This document shows positions 40,858-51,175 of a DNA stretch of 64,000 nucleotides, piece by piece (position 1 is the stretch's first letter; each line of letters opens with the position of its first letter). Made by a program: the position numbers and the translations under genes. The notes beneath the pieces are model-generated. The model was not told the DNA's origin. It worked only from the letters and a program-made list of their open reading frames with translations, and ran no database searches. Origin of the DNA: Polyangia bacterium (GTDB lineage Bacteria; Myxococcota_A; Polyangia; JAAYKL01); the NCBI GenBank assembly GCA_050304755.1, contig JBNLED010000235.1, positions 700 through 64,699 on the forward strand, read 5' to 3'.

Positions 40858-42231
40858 ATGAGACGACTGGTTTGTCTATGGGCTGTAGTCTGCGTGGTGC
40901 AGATTTCTTGCGCGGAGAGCGATCCCTCGAATAGTGGGGATACATCTTCGGAAACTTCGTGGTCGACCGATGTTGGTGGAGACGCTGATTCAGATACCGA
41001 CGCGGACGCCGATTCAGATACGGACGCGGACGCTGATACGGATACGGACAGCGACAGCGACACCGACAGCGACAGCGACACCGACAGCGACAGCGACGCG
41101 GATTCGGATACCGACGCCGATGCCGACAGCGACGCGGACTCGGATGCCGACACGGACACGGACAGCGACGCGGACTCGGATGCCGACACGGATACGGACG
41201 CTGACAGCGACGCGGACTCGGATGCCGACACGGACACGGACGCAGACGGCGACGCGGATGCTGATTCGGATGCCGACACGGATGTGGATACAGACGCCGA
41301 CACGGATGTGGATACGGACGCCGACACGGATGTGGATACGGACGCCGACACCGATGTGGATACGGACGCCGACACCGATGTGGATACGGACGCCGACACG
41401 GATGTGGACACGGACGCCGATGTGGTCAGGAGCGCCGGCTGCGGCAAGACGCCCACGCTCGAGAACAGGAGCACCATCACTATTCAGAGCAGCGGCACGA
41501 GCCGCCGTTACATTTTGTGGTATCCCGACAATTACGACAATAATCTGCCGCACCGGTTGGTGATCGCCTACCACTGGTGGTCCGGCAGCGCGGAGCAGGT
41601 CGTCGACTGCCACAGCGAAGGGATTGATTGTTACACGACACAGAGTCCCTTCTATGGGCTTTGGGATCTTTCGGAGGGCAGCACTGTCTTCGTCGCACCC
41701 GACGGAATCGACGCCGGTTGGGCTAATACGGGCGGCCGCGACCTGACGTTTACCGACGATATTCTCGACCAGGTCGAAAACGATCTCTGTATCGATGAAA
41801 GCCGCATTTTCGCGAACGGGTTCAGCTACGGCGGCGGCATGTCCTACGCTATAGCCTGTGCTCGTGCGGATGTCTTTAGGGCCGTGGCGGTTTACGCCGG
41901 CGGGGAGCTCAGCGGTTGCGAGGGAGGCAACACGCCCATCGCGTACTACGCCTCACACGGTCTCGACGATGGGACGTGCACCCCGGACATGGGAAGATCG
42001 CTGCGCGATCACTTCGTCCAGGTCAACGGCTGCACGCCGCAGAATCCGCCCGAGCCCGCGGACAACAGCGGCACGCACATCTGCACGACCTACGAGGGGT
42101 GCTCGGCCGGGCACCCGGTCCGCTGGTGCGCGTTCGACGGCAGCAACGGTCACGACCCGTCGCCAAAGGACCCGGGACAGTCCACGACATGGAATCCTCA
42201 AGAGGTTTGGACTTTCTTCACACAGTTCTAA
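40858..42231 (+). CDS. Lipoprotein with (Asp-X)n stalk and CE1 feruloyl-esterase-like domain
   Basis: VQIS-C lipobox; [24 protein letters not shown] nucleophile elbow and GHDP. Confidence 0.85.
   Translation: MRRLVCLWAVVCVVQISCAESDPSNSGDTSSETSWSTDVGGDADSDTDADADSDTDADADTDTDSDSDTDSDSDTDSDSDADSDTDADADSDADSDADTDTDSDADSDADTDTDADSDADSDADTDTDADGDADADSDADTDVDTDADTDVDTDADTDVDTDADTDVDTDADTDVDTDADTDVDTDADVVRSAGCGKTPTLENRSTITIQSSGTSRRYILWYPDNYDNNLPHRLVIAYHWWSGSAEQVVDCHSEGIDCYTTQSPFYGLWDLSEGSTVFVAPDGIDAGWANTGGRDLTFTDDILDQVENDLCIDESRIFANGFSYGGGMSYAIACARADVFRAVAVYAGGELSGCEGGNTPIAYYASHGLDDGTCTPDMGRSLRDHFVQVNGCTPQNPPEPADNSGTHICTTYEGCSAGHPVRWCAFDGSNGHDPSPKDPGQSTTWNPQEVWTFFTQF
40981..41421 (+). repeat. (Asp-X)n coding repeat, about 147 aa, ending in 24-bp DADTDVDT units
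   Basis: [11 protein letters not shown]...DVDTDADT repeated. Confidence 0.95.
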
Positions 42232-42262
42232 ATGTTTCTCGGGACCTCGGGACGGAGGGGAC

Positions 42263-42572
42263 GTCGCGGTAGGAATTCCCCGCTTCCGGGGCACCCCCCG
42301 CACAGATCCCGGCGGGCGCTGCTAACGCACCGGGCTCCTGCCTCGGGTCAGACGCGCAAGCGCTGTTCCGGATAAGGGTGCGTGATTCGGGCCGTCGGCA
42401 GCCAGTTCTTCGCCAGTCTACTCATGCGTTTCCAGGGCATCTTGCCGTTCTGACTCCGGCGACTGATGGCCTGATGCCACAGGCGGACTACCGCCATACG
42501 GAACGCACTCATCGAGTAGGAATTCCGGGGCACTCCATAATACTGGAAGTGTCCTCGAAGCACTGACGCCAT
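42263..42572 (-). mobile_element. 5'-truncated group II intron (maturase C-terminus plus domains V and VI)
   Basis: LRGHFQYYGVP..RRSQ..WLPTARITHPYP* followed by DV GAGCCCGGTGCG..CGCCCGCCGGGATC and DVI ending CCTACCGCGAC. Confidence 0.9.
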
Positions 42573-42602
42573 GTAAAGAGAGCTGCCATCAGCTGCTGCC
42601 GG

Positions 42603-44024
42603 CTACCCCCCGATCAGGAAGCGGAGGAGCCGCTCTATGAGGCGACCGTAGGGGGGCGCGAAGAGCCCGGTGGCGGCGAACCGTCCCTGATAGAAGAGGC
42701 TCTTGTAGTGGGTGAAGGTATCGAAGCTGGCCTTGCCGTAGTAGCCGCCGTGACCGCTGTTCCCGAAGGCGAACCGGGGGAGGTCGTCGCAGATGAAGTG
42801 GAGGAGGGTGTCGTTGACGGTGACGCCCCCGGCGCGGGTCTCGTGGAGCACCCGGCGGACCCGGGCCCGATCGCGGTCGAAGACGTAGAGCGCGAGGGGA
42901 GCGGGGCGGTCGTTGATGTAGTCGAGGGCGTCGTCGAGGGTTCGGTAGGTGACGATGGGGAGCACCGGTCCGAAGATCTCCTCCCGCATCACCTGGGCCT
43001 CCTCCGGGGTATCGAGGAGCAGGGTGAGGGGCATCTTCCTATCCCCGTCGAGGCGCTCGCCCGCAGGGTTGATCTCGATCTTCTCGGCCCCCTTTTCCAC
43101 AGCCTCTTCGACCAGCGCGATCAGCCGCGAGAGCCGCGCGGGGCTGGCCACGCCGGAGTAGTCCGGGTTGTCGATCAGGGTCGGATAGCGGCGCGCCACC
43201 GCCTGGGTCAGGGCGGAGACCACCGCCCGCTCTTGACCTTCCGGGATTAACAGGTAGTCCGGCGCCACACAGGACTGGCCCGCGGTAAAGCACTTGCCCT
43301 GCGCCACCCGGTCCGCGAAGCTCTCCACGGGCCAGGACGCGTTGTAGAGGACCGGGCACTTGCCCCCGAGCTCCAGGGTCACTGGCACCAGGTTCTCGGC
43401 GGCCGCGAGGGCCACCTTCCGCCCCACCGCGTTCCCCCCGGTGAACAACAGGTGATCGAGGGGGAGCCGGGTCACCGCCCTCCCGAGGTCCGGACCGCCC
43501 GTGACCGGCGCGACCTCGGTCTCCTCGAACACCTCGGAGAGGAGGTCGGCCAGGAGCGCCGAAGTCTCGGGGGTATGCTCCGACAGCTTGAGCAGCACCC
43601 GGTTTCCCGCGGCCAGCGCCCCCGCCAGCGGCACGAGGGCCAGCATCACCGGGTAGTTCCAGGGGGAGATGATCCCCACCACCCCCTTGGGCTGGGGCAC
43701 CACCTGGGCCCGGCCCGGGAGGAAGACCCAGTTGGCGCGCGCCCCCCGGGGCCGCATCCACCGCCGGAGCCGCCGTCGGACGTAGCGGATGTGGTTCACC
43801 GTTACCCAGACGTCCCCCATCATGCTGTCGTGTATCGAGCGGTGGCCGAAGTCCCGGCGGATCGCCTCACAGATATCGTTCCGATGGCGGCGAACGAGGG
43901 TCTCCAGGCGCTCGAGCCACCTTCTCCGTGTGCCGAGGCTCGGGAGGGGATCGCGCCGGTGGGCCGCCCGCAGCCGGGCCAGGACCGCGTCCAGAGCGGG
44001 GCTCCCATTTTCAACTTTTTTCAT
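42603..44024 (-). CDS. Aldehyde dehydrogenase (coniferyl aldehyde dehydrogenase/ALDH3-like)
   Basis: ISPWNYP, LFTGG, TLELGGK, GQSCVAPDY and EEIFGP; likely start ATG 44024. Confidence 0.88.
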   Translation of the reverse strand: MKKVENGSPALDAVLARLRAAHRRDPLPSLGTRRRWLERLETLVRRHRNDICEAIRRDFGHRSIHDSMMGDVWVTVNHIRYVRRRLRRWMRPRGARANWVFLPGRAQVVPQPKGVVGIISPWNYPVMLALVPLAGALAAGNRVLLKLSEHTPETSALLADLLSEVFEETEVAPVTGGPDLGRAVTRLPLDHLLFTGGNAVGRKVALAAAENLVPVTLELGGKCPVLYNASWPVESFADRVAQGKCFTAGQSCVAPDYLLIPEGQERAVVSALTQAVARRYPTLIDNPDYSGVASPARLSRLIALVEEAVEKGAEKIEINPAGERLDGDRKMPLTLLLDTPEEAQVMREEIFGPVLPIVTYRTLDDALDYINDRPAPLALYVFDRDRARVRRVLHETRAGGVTVNDTLLHFICDDLPRFAFGNSGHGGYYGKASFDTFTHYKSLFYQGRFAATGLFAPPYGRLIERLLRFLIGG

Positions 44025-44250
44025 CGGGGCGACCGGTACTGCTTGAGAATCGGCCAGGCGATGCTCGCGTTTCCATGCTGCGACTCGGTCCCAGGCGACG
44101 TACAGAGCCACACCTCGACGCCCTCGTCACACTCGGAGGAAGCGTACGCCTGACAACCGTTCCCCACATCCGACGCCGTCCCGGTACACCCGTCGAACCC
44201 CGCCCACAGATTGAGCGTGGTCACCGCGCCGAGGAGAGTGATCGGGTGCC
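44021..44250 (-). pseudogene. C-terminal remnant of an LpqC/CE1-type esterase
   Basis: WAGFDGC..CQAY..CDEGVEVWLCT..HGNASIAWPILK*; its stop overlaps the ALDH ATG (ATGA). Confidence 0.5.
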
Positions 44251-44464
44251 CCGTCGCGACGCAAGCCAGCCCCGAAATCAGCGTTCTATATAAACCTTGC
44301 ACCAGATGACTCCTGTCTATACGTTATAATAGCTTTGAAAATCGATATCACTACAGACCGGTGCGATCCGCTCCATATTTTTTAGGGAATGCCGATTATC
44401 GGTCTCTTCGAGGGCGCCGTTCTCTCGAGGTGTTTTGAAGAACTGATTAGTTTAGTAATGACCA

Positions 44465-45622
44465 GTGACATTGAGCAGATATGAAAAAATAGCGGTTCCC
44501 CGTTTCGAGGTCGCCTTGTCGTCGAGAGACCTTGTCCGATGTGGATCCTCGCTTGCGAGGGTGTCGCGAAATCCAGATTCAAAAAGAAGCCTCATCTCGA
44601 CGATATGTCTGCTGAACGTCACCCTCCTTCTCATCGCCCTCCCCTGCGCGGGGCAAACCGGCCCGCCGGGAGGTCGTCCCCGCGTCATCTTCATCGACCA
44701 TCCGGAGCCCAACCCGTCGGACGCCGCGCTCTTTACGGCGATACGCGCCCAGCTATCCGTGGCCTCCCTGATGCTGGACCGCGCCGCGCCCATCAACCCC
44801 GACCTCGCCGTGAGCGCGCCGAGCCTGGCCGCAGCGCATCAGGCGGCGCTGGTGTTCTGGATCGAAGACGGGGATCCGTGCCAGATCCATTTCTTTGTAC
44901 CGGATGCCGCCGGCGGGCAGTTCTCCAGCCGAATCATCGACATCGACCTGAGCAACCAATCCAGCCGCTACGACGCCATCGCGGTGGTCGCCGCCATCAT
45001 GATCGAGGGGCTCATCCTCTCCCGGACCTCCGCGCAGGTGCCGACATCCGAGCCAAAACCGCCACCACCCGCCCCCGAGGCAGAGGAGACGCCAGGGCGC
45101 CGGTTCGAAATCCACCTGGCCTATTCCGGCACTCTCGCGGCGCCCGCCATGCCGATCCACGGCGGAACCCTCGGCGCCGGCCTCTGCCCACATCGCTGGA
45201 TCTTCGCCGCCGTCTCCCTGAGCCTGTACGCGCCGGCGACCTTCTCGAACGAGGCGCTCAGGATTCGCCTCGTCTCCAGGCAGATCGATGTGCACGCGGC
45301 CGCCCGGCTGCTCATCCGGCCCCTCGAAATCCGCCTGGGCGTCTCCTACTCCGTGGACCTCCGATCGTATTCGACCACCGCCGTCGATGAGACCATCCGC
45401 TCACGAAGGGACAACTACAACGGGATTCACTCGTTCGTGCCGTTTCTCTACGCGGGGTGGACCTACCGGGAGCGGATCGGCATCTTCGGCAGGATGGGCG
45501 CGAGCCTGGCGATTAACGAAACCGTCTTTCGAATCCGGCGCGCGGACGGCAATCCCACCGAGGAGCTCGAGCCGTTCGACGTGAAGCTGATCTACCAGCT
45601 CGGCGCGCTCGTCCGGTTTTAG
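44465..45622 (+). CDS. Hypothetical exported protein (Pro-rich linker, beta-strand-rich C-terminus)
   Basis: Hydrophobic signal-like segment LLNVTLLLIALPCAG; alternating-residue C-terminal half ending VRF; start uncertain. Confidence 0.6.
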   Translation: MTLSRYEKIAVPRFEVALSSRDLVRCGSSLARVSRNPDSKRSLISTICLLNVTLLLIALPCAGQTGPPGGRPRVIFIDHPEPNPSDAALFTAIRAQLSVASLMLDRAAPINPDLAVSAPSLAAAHQAALVFWIEDGDPCQIHFFVPDAAGGQFSSRIIDIDLSNQSSRYDAIAVVAAIMIEGLILSRTSAQVPTSEPKPPPPAPEAEETPGRRFEIHLAYSGTLAAPAMPIHGGTLGAGLCPHRWIFAAVSLSLYAPATFSNEALRIRLVSRQIDVHAAARLLIRPLEIRLGVSYSVDLRSYSTTAVDETIRSRRDNYNGIHSFVPFLYAGWTYRERIGIFGRMGASLAINETVFRIRRADGNPTEELEPFDVKLIYQLGALVRF

Positions 45623-45632
45623 ACCGCTTCCG

Positions 45633-46997
45633 TTATCTATCCAACTGGTTCAAGCGCCGGTGCGCCCGTTTGATCTGGGAGCTTCCGGGAAACCGCTCTA
45701 TGAATCGCCGCAGCGTCGCCCGCTCCAGGGCCTTCTCCCCGAGCCGTCGATAGGTCGTCGCGATCCCGAAGAGCGCCTCCTCGGCCATCGGCCCGTCGGG
45801 CGCCCGTTTCTGATAGGTCCGGTAGTGGTCCAGCGCCTCTCTCGGCTTGCCGAGATGACGGAGCTCGATTCGGGCCAGGCTGATCAGCGCGGCGGTCGAC
45901 TCCGGACGTTTCGGATAGTGTTTGAGAATCCCCCGATATCGAGATGACGCGCACCGCCAGTCGCGGGCGATCAGGCAGGCCTGTGCCTCGTGAATCAGGC
46001 GGTCTATGCTGGGGACACCGCGCTTGGACGGCGTCGCGCCGGGCCGCGCGCTCGAAACGGGGGGGGCGAAGGGCCGTTCGGACGGCGAACGCCGGGCCGC
46101 CGCCGCGGGATCACTTTCATCGAGGGCAATCGCCGTCTCTCCCGATGTCGATTCGGCCAGCTCGCCGACAGGCGACGCCGGTTCCGACAGGCGCTGACGA
46201 TTCTCTGTGTAGAGCACCTGTCGAATCGAAGCGGTTCGGGGCGCGGAGATCGCGAATACCCGCTGCCGCCGCAGATCGGCCCCCTGGCCCGCCTTTACGA
46301 GGAGCGTCTCACCGGCGGTCGCCGTGGGGACGAACTCGACCACGCCGCGAAACACCTCCACCTGGCTGCTTCTCTTATCGACTTTGACCGTGAACATCGT
46401 CCCCTTGACCCTGACCTCCCCTTGAGGGGTCACCACGGATACTTTTCGTTTACGGGGACGATTCGGATCGATGAGCATCCCCACGGTGCCCCCCTGCACC
46501 CCTACTCTGACGTCGCCGTCGTTAGTGATGAACACGTCGGGGGACTCGTCGTCACAATAGGTTATGACAACCCCCGACACCATCTCCTCTGGAGGAACGG
46601 GCCGGCACTCGACGGCGACCACCGCTGCAGCGTCCCGCCGAGCCCCGTCGAAGGGCCACGGTCGGACGAACATCACGACGACTAGTATCGCGGCCACGGC
46701 CGACGCCATCGCCAGTTTTTTGAAATAGTCCCGGTTTTGAAGCTGGGCCCGCTTCTTCATCGAAGTCTGATAGGCGGCATCGAGCCCCGAGTGGAAACGC
46801 CTCTCCGCGTGGGCCTCCGCCTGGGTGGGGAGTGCGGACATCCAATCGACCACCCGCCGGCATTCCGGGCATTCCGCGAGGTGCGCCTGTACCGCCAGGT
46901 TCTCCCGGTCCAAAAGCGGCTCTTCCGCGAACTGCTTTTCGAGGAGGGCCTCCGCCGCCAAGCAGGACAGCCCCGCATCACCCATGGTATCCCTCAT
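45633..46997 (-). CDS. Anti-sigma factor: HxxxCxxC, TM helix, FecR domain and TPR
   Basis: HLAECPEC, TM LAMASAVAAILVVV, VTPQGEVRVKGTMFTV..VEVFRGVV, TPR with EEALF; overlaps the ECF stop. Confidence 0.82.
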   Translation of the reverse strand: MRDTMGDAGLSCLAAEALLEKQFAEEPLLDRENLAVQAHLAECPECRRVVDWMSALPTQAEAHAERRFHSGLDAAYQTSMKKRAQLQNRDYFKKLAMASAVAAILVVVMFVRPWPFDGARRDAAAVVAVECRPVPPEEMVSGVVITYCDDESPDVFITNDGDVRVGVQGGTVGMLIDPNRPRKRKVSVVTPQGEVRVKGTMFTVKVDKRSSQVEVFRGVVEFVPTATAGETLLVKAGQGADLRRQRVFAISAPRTASIRQVLYTENRQRLSEPASPVGELAESTSGETAIALDESDPAAAARRSPSERPFAPPVSSARPGATPSKRGVPSIDRLIHEAQACLIARDWRCASSRYRGILKHYPKRPESTAALISLARIELRHLGKPREALDHYRTYQKRAPDGPMAEEALFGIATTYRRLGEKALERATLRRFIERFPGSSQIKRAHRRLNQLDR

Positions 46998-47599
46998 AGC
47001 CTGTCCTCCTCCATCACCTCGAGGAGATCAGGATTCTGATTCAGGATGACTCTGAGCTCGCGATACGCGGTCTTCAGCCTCGCCTTTATCGTATTCCGCG
47101 ACGTCTCCGTGAGGTCGGACACTTCCCTCACGGTATAACCGTAGGCCAAATGGAGCAACAGCGGAACGCGCCGCTTCTCCGGGATATGTTTCATTTTGTA
47201 AATCAGCATCTCAATTAGTTGTCGCCGCGAGGCGGCAATTTCGGGCGTCTCGAGATGTATGCCATCCTGCTCCTTCAGCGACATGAACATCTCGTTCTTC
47301 CTTTTCTCCTTCTTGCTTTCCTTCGTCGCCGTGCGATAGGCGATCCGTTCTGCCCACGCCTCAATGGTTCCGAGCCCTTTGAAGCTGTCCAGGCTCTTGA
47401 ACACCTGGAGGGCTGCGATCTGCGCGACATCCTCAGCCTGCCTTCCGTTCCCCAACACCAACCAGACAATCTTCAATATCCGTGGGTAGAGTCTACAGAA
47501 CAGCTTCTCCTCGGCCTTGCTGTCCGTCAGGGCCGATTGTGCGAGCTGGAGATCATTTAGGGAGATGGGTATGCCGACATTCATTATTTCATCATACAC
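46994..47599 (-). CDS. ECF sigma-70 factor
   Basis: AEDVAQIAALQVFKSLDSFKG, AWAERIAYR and GYTVREVSDL..NTIKARL. Confidence 0.88.
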   Translation of the reverse strand: MYDEIMNVGIPISLNDLQLAQSALTDSKAEEKLFCRLYPRILKIVWLVLGNGRQAEDVAQIAALQVFKSLDSFKGLGTIEAWAERIAYRTATKESKKEKRKNEMFMSLKEQDGIHLETPEIAASRRQLIEMLIYKMKHIPEKRRVPLLLHLAYGYTVREVSDLTETSRNTIKARLKTAYRELRVILNQNPDLLEVMEEDRL

Positions 47600-48021
47600 T
47601 GATTATCTCATAATAGTTAAGGGGGCTCTACATCTGAGAAACGGGTACCTATTCTGAGTGAAAAATTCCAACTTGAGAAATGAAGTCGGCGAACCTGCCG
47701 TGATTCGAGGCCGGCGCCCCCGTCGATCCCGTATCCATAAAAATCCCACACCCGTTTTTTGGGGGGTATGCCTACTACAGTTTGATAGATCGTCGGCCAT
47801 CTCACCTTTAATAGCGGCGAGTGGTGCCGGTCAGGATGAGCGGCCTGAGACGGACAACGAGGCCCGACGAGGACCGCCTCGTCTCAGATAGACGCCTTTC
47901 CAAACGGGCTAGTGAGGACCGCGTCAATCTGCGCAGGGATACGATTTTAACCTGGTAGGCATTATTGAAAGTCAGTGAACTCGAATGATCAGAAATCCGA
48001 CAGCACCTGAAGGGAACTGTT

Positions 48022-49599
48022 ATGACAAAATATGAAGGGATCTTTTCTCGGACCAAAGCCCAGATACAGCGGATCACTTATTGTCTCGTTTCTGCAACGA
48101 TTATGGCCTCCGCGTCCGGTTGTACGAGCTCTGATGAGGCGGTGGACGGCGGCTCCGGAAATGATACGTCCGGGGACACCGATGTCGACATGGACACCGA
48201 TACGGACGCCGATGCCGATACCGATGCCGATGCGGACACCGACACGGATGCCGACGCGGACACGGATACCGACACCGACACTGATGCCGACACCGACACC
48301 GATGCCGACACAGACAGCGACACAGACGCGGACACCGACACCGACGCGGACACCGACACCGATGCGGACGCCGATACCGATACCGACAGTGATACAGATT
48401 CCGACACGGATGCGGACGGCGACACCGACGCCGACACCGAGGCCGACACCGATGTCGACACCGACGCTGATTCCGATACCGACACCGACGGCGACGCCGA
48501 CACCGATGCGGATACCGACGCGGATGCCGATACGGTCACCGAATCGCCGGATACGGGTACCGGAACCGGGGAGCTCGATAACCCGCTGGAATCCCTGAGG
48601 ACGTCAGCGGAGGAGATCGGACTCCGGCTGGCCAATCGCTTCCAGAGCAGGCCGTTGAACTTCAGCAATCTCATCCCCTCCCCCGGCGGGGAGTATCCGG
48701 GAGACGGCTACAAGACCGCGTGTGAGTGGTACGGCTCATTGGGGGTGGCCGGACTGACCGGGGAGCAGACCCTGCTCGACTCGCTGGTCTCCAAGTTCGA
48801 TGTGTTCAAGCCGAGGATCGTGGATGACATCATCAACCGGTCCAGCCCCCATGTCGACTTGTACATCTTCGGAATGGTGCCCTTGGAGATCTATCTCCAG
48901 ACGAATGACGAGAGCTACCTGCCCCTCGGCACCGCCATCGCCGATGAGCAGCAGGTCACCAACCAGACCCGCGACGCCATCGACGATATGTTCATGATGA
49001 CCGGCTTGCAGATTGAGGCCTACCGAGGCACGGATGACCCAAAGTACGTGGACTTCATGGCCACCACTATGGCACACTACCTCGAATTCCAGCAGGACAA
49101 CGGCCTGTTCTTCCACAACATCAATGAGGCCCGCACCCACTGGGGACGCGGCAACGGCTGGTTCGCCTCGGGCATGGCGGAGATCATGCGTGATATCCCC
49201 AAAGACCACGATCTCTACGCCACCATTGAAAACGGGTATCTGCGAATGATGGAGGGGCTACTGCCGTTCCAGAGCGACAACGGCCTCTGGTATCAGGTCG
49301 TCGACCTGCCGGACAATCCGGCCAACTGGGAGGAGTCCTCGTGCTCCGCCATGTTCACCTATGCCATGATCGCCGGTGTCCGGCGGGGGGTGCTTTCGGC
49401 GGACACCTATGTGCCCGTGGTTGAAAAGGCCTGGAATGGCCTGTTGACAAAAATCGCCGACAATGGTGATGTGCGAGACATCTGTCCGGGGACCTGGTAC
49501 GAGGCCTCACCGGAGGCGTATATGGCCAAGAACCCGATCACCGGCGATGGTCACGGTCAGGCGCCGGTTCTCTGGGCCGCGGCCGAGCTGCTAAGGTAG
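48022..49599 (+). CDS. Lipoprotein with (Asp-X)n stalk and GH105 (GH88/105) unsaturated glycuronidase
   Basis: ASG-C lipobox; IDDMFM, HWGRGNGW, WYQVVD and EESSCSAMFTY. Confidence 0.88.
   Translation: MTKYEGIFSRTKAQIQRITYCLVSATIMASASGCTSSDEAVDGGSGNDTSGDTDVDMDTDTDADADTDADADTDTDADADTDTDTDTDADTDTDADTDSDTDADTDTDADTDTDADADTDTDSDTDSDTDADGDTDADTEADTDVDTDADSDTDTDGDADTDADTDADADTVTESPDTGTGTGELDNPLESLRTSAEEIGLRLANRFQSRPLNFSNLIPSPGGEYPGDGYKTACEWYGSLGVAGLTGEQTLLDSLVSKFDVFKPRIVDDIINRSSPHVDLYIFGMVPLEIYLQTNDESYLPLGTAIADEQQVTNQTRDAIDDMFMMTGLQIEAYRGTDDPKYVDFMATTMAHYLEFQQDNGLFFHNINEARTHWGRGNGWFASGMAEIMRDIPKDHDLYATIENGYLRMMEGLLPFQSDNGLWYQVVDLPDNPANWEESSCSAMFTYAMIAGVRRGVLSADTYVPVVEKAWNGLLTKIADNGDVRDICPGTWYEASPEAYMAKNPITGDGHGQAPVLWAAAELLR
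48175..48534 (+). repeat. (Asp-X)n coding repeat, about 120 aa
   Basis: [15 protein letters not shown]... Confidence 0.95.
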
Positions 49600-49605
49600 G
49601 GAACC

Positions 49606-51051
49606 ATGAAACAAGAATTCACACCATTAATACTTGCCGCAGTGGTCCTGTTCGGCTGTACCTCGAACGAAGGCGAGCCGGACGGCGGCATCGGCGACAC
49701 TAGCGCAGCGGATGCGGATACCGACACGGATGCCGACGCCGATACCGACACCGATTCCGATACCGACACCGATTCCGATTCAGACGCTGATACTGACGTC
49801 GACTCGGATTCCGACACCGATACCGACACCGACGCCGATTCCGACACGGATTCCGACGCCGACGCCGACACCGACACCGACACTGACGCCGATACCGACG
49901 CTGATAGCGACACTGACGTCGACACTGACGCCGACACCGACGCCGATACCGACGCTGATAGCGACACTGACGGCGACACTGACGCCGACACCGACACGGA
50001 TGCCGACACCGACACCGACACCGACACAGACGGTGACACCGACGCCGATACCGACGCTGATGCAGACACCGAAACGGATACCGGCACGGGGATGCAGAAC
50101 GACACCGGCACCGGTGTCGGGGAGTGTGTCGACGATCGCGCAGCTTCGGGGGGGAGCGGTCAAGTCACCCAGGTCGACCGTGGAACCTGGGGCGCGGACG
50201 GCGTCCCGAGCTATGTCAACATGTATATCCAAGTTCCCCCGACCCTGCCGAGCAACCCCCCCATTGTGGTGGCCTGCCACTCCTGCGGGACCCCCGTCCA
50301 GGGGTACATCGGTGCAGTCACCAGAGTCCGGGAAGCGGCGAACAACATCGGTTTCATTATGATTTTCCCGGAGGCCACGGATCGCAACTGCTGGGACGTG
50401 GGGACTGACCAATCCCTCACCCACGACGGCGGCGGGGATACCCAGGCCGTCGCCCAGATGGTGCAGTACGTCATCTCGGAATACAACGGCGATCCAGAAC
50501 GGGTCTATATCATGGGGGGGTCCTCGGGGGCGATGATGACCCAGGCCATGCTGGCGGTATATCCCGATATCTTCAAGGCGGGCTCGGCGAGGGCCGGGGT
50601 TCCTGCCGGCTGCTGGGCGGACGGCTACAGCGACTCCAATCAGTGGGGCGGCGTCTGCGCGGGGGGCAACTCCAACAGGACCGCCGAGGAGTGGGGGGAT
50701 CTGGCGAGGGGGATGTATGCAGGGTATGACGGCCACCGTCCCAGGGTCCAGATCTTCCACGGCGTGAACGATCCGACCATCAGCTACAACAACTTCGGGG
50801 AATCCATCGAACAGTGGACGAATGTCCTAGACCTGGACGCCGCCCCGAGCTCCACCGACAGCATCACCACGTCGGTCACCAACTATGACCGTCAGTTCTG
50901 GACAGACGACTGCGGCTATACCGTCTTCGAGGCGTGGTCCGCCCCGAACGAGGATCACTCCTTCGACTATGAGGAAGAGGCCATCCTCGCCTTCTTCGGC
51001 CTCGACGAATTCCGTTGCATCGACCCCCAGATTGAGATGTGCGGACCTTAA
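49606..51051 (+). CDS. Lipoprotein with (Asp-X)n stalk and CE1 acetylxylan-esterase-like (PHB depolymerase family) domain
   Basis: LFG-C lipobox; [26 protein letters not shown] and FHGVND. Confidence 0.88.
   Translation: MKQEFTPLILAAVVLFGCTSNEGEPDGGIGDTSAADADTDTDADADTDTDSDTDTDSDSDADTDVDSDSDTDTDTDADSDTDSDADADTDTDTDADTDADSDTDVDTDADTDADTDADSDTDGDTDADTDTDADTDTDTDTDGDTDADTDADADTETDTGTGMQNDTGTGVGECVDDRAASGGSGQVTQVDRGTWGADGVPSYVNMYIQVPPTLPSNPPIVVACHSCGTPVQGYIGAVTRVREAANNIGFIMIFPEATDRNCWDVGTDQSLTHDGGGDTQAVAQMVQYVISEYNGDPERVYIMGGSSGAMMTQAMLAVYPDIFKAGSARAGVPAGCWADGYSDSNQWGGVCAGGNSNRTAEEWGDLARGMYAGYDGHRPRVQIFHGVNDPTISYNNFGESIEQWTNVLDLDAAPSSTDSITTSVTNYDRQFWTDDCGYTVFEAWSAPNEDHSFDYEEEAILAFFGLDEFRCIDPQIEMCGP
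49711..50082 (+). repeat. (Asp-X)n coding repeat, about 124 aa
   Basis: [17 protein letters not shown]... Confidence 0.95.
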
Positions 51052-51053
51052 AC

Positions 51054-51074
51054 AGTTGATATTAATCAACTTTT
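51054..51074 (+). terminator. AT-rich hairpin after the esterase stop (weak terminator or operator)
   Basis: AGTTGAT-ATTA-ATCAACT followed by TTT. Confidence 0.3.
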
Positions 51075-51175
51075 CGTCCATGTGAAAAAACTGCTACCCG
51101 TTTTCTGGAGTATGGTCCACTTGAGAGTGGCGAAAATGGTTTCAAGGGACTGCCAGGAAAGGGGTTATAAGCACG

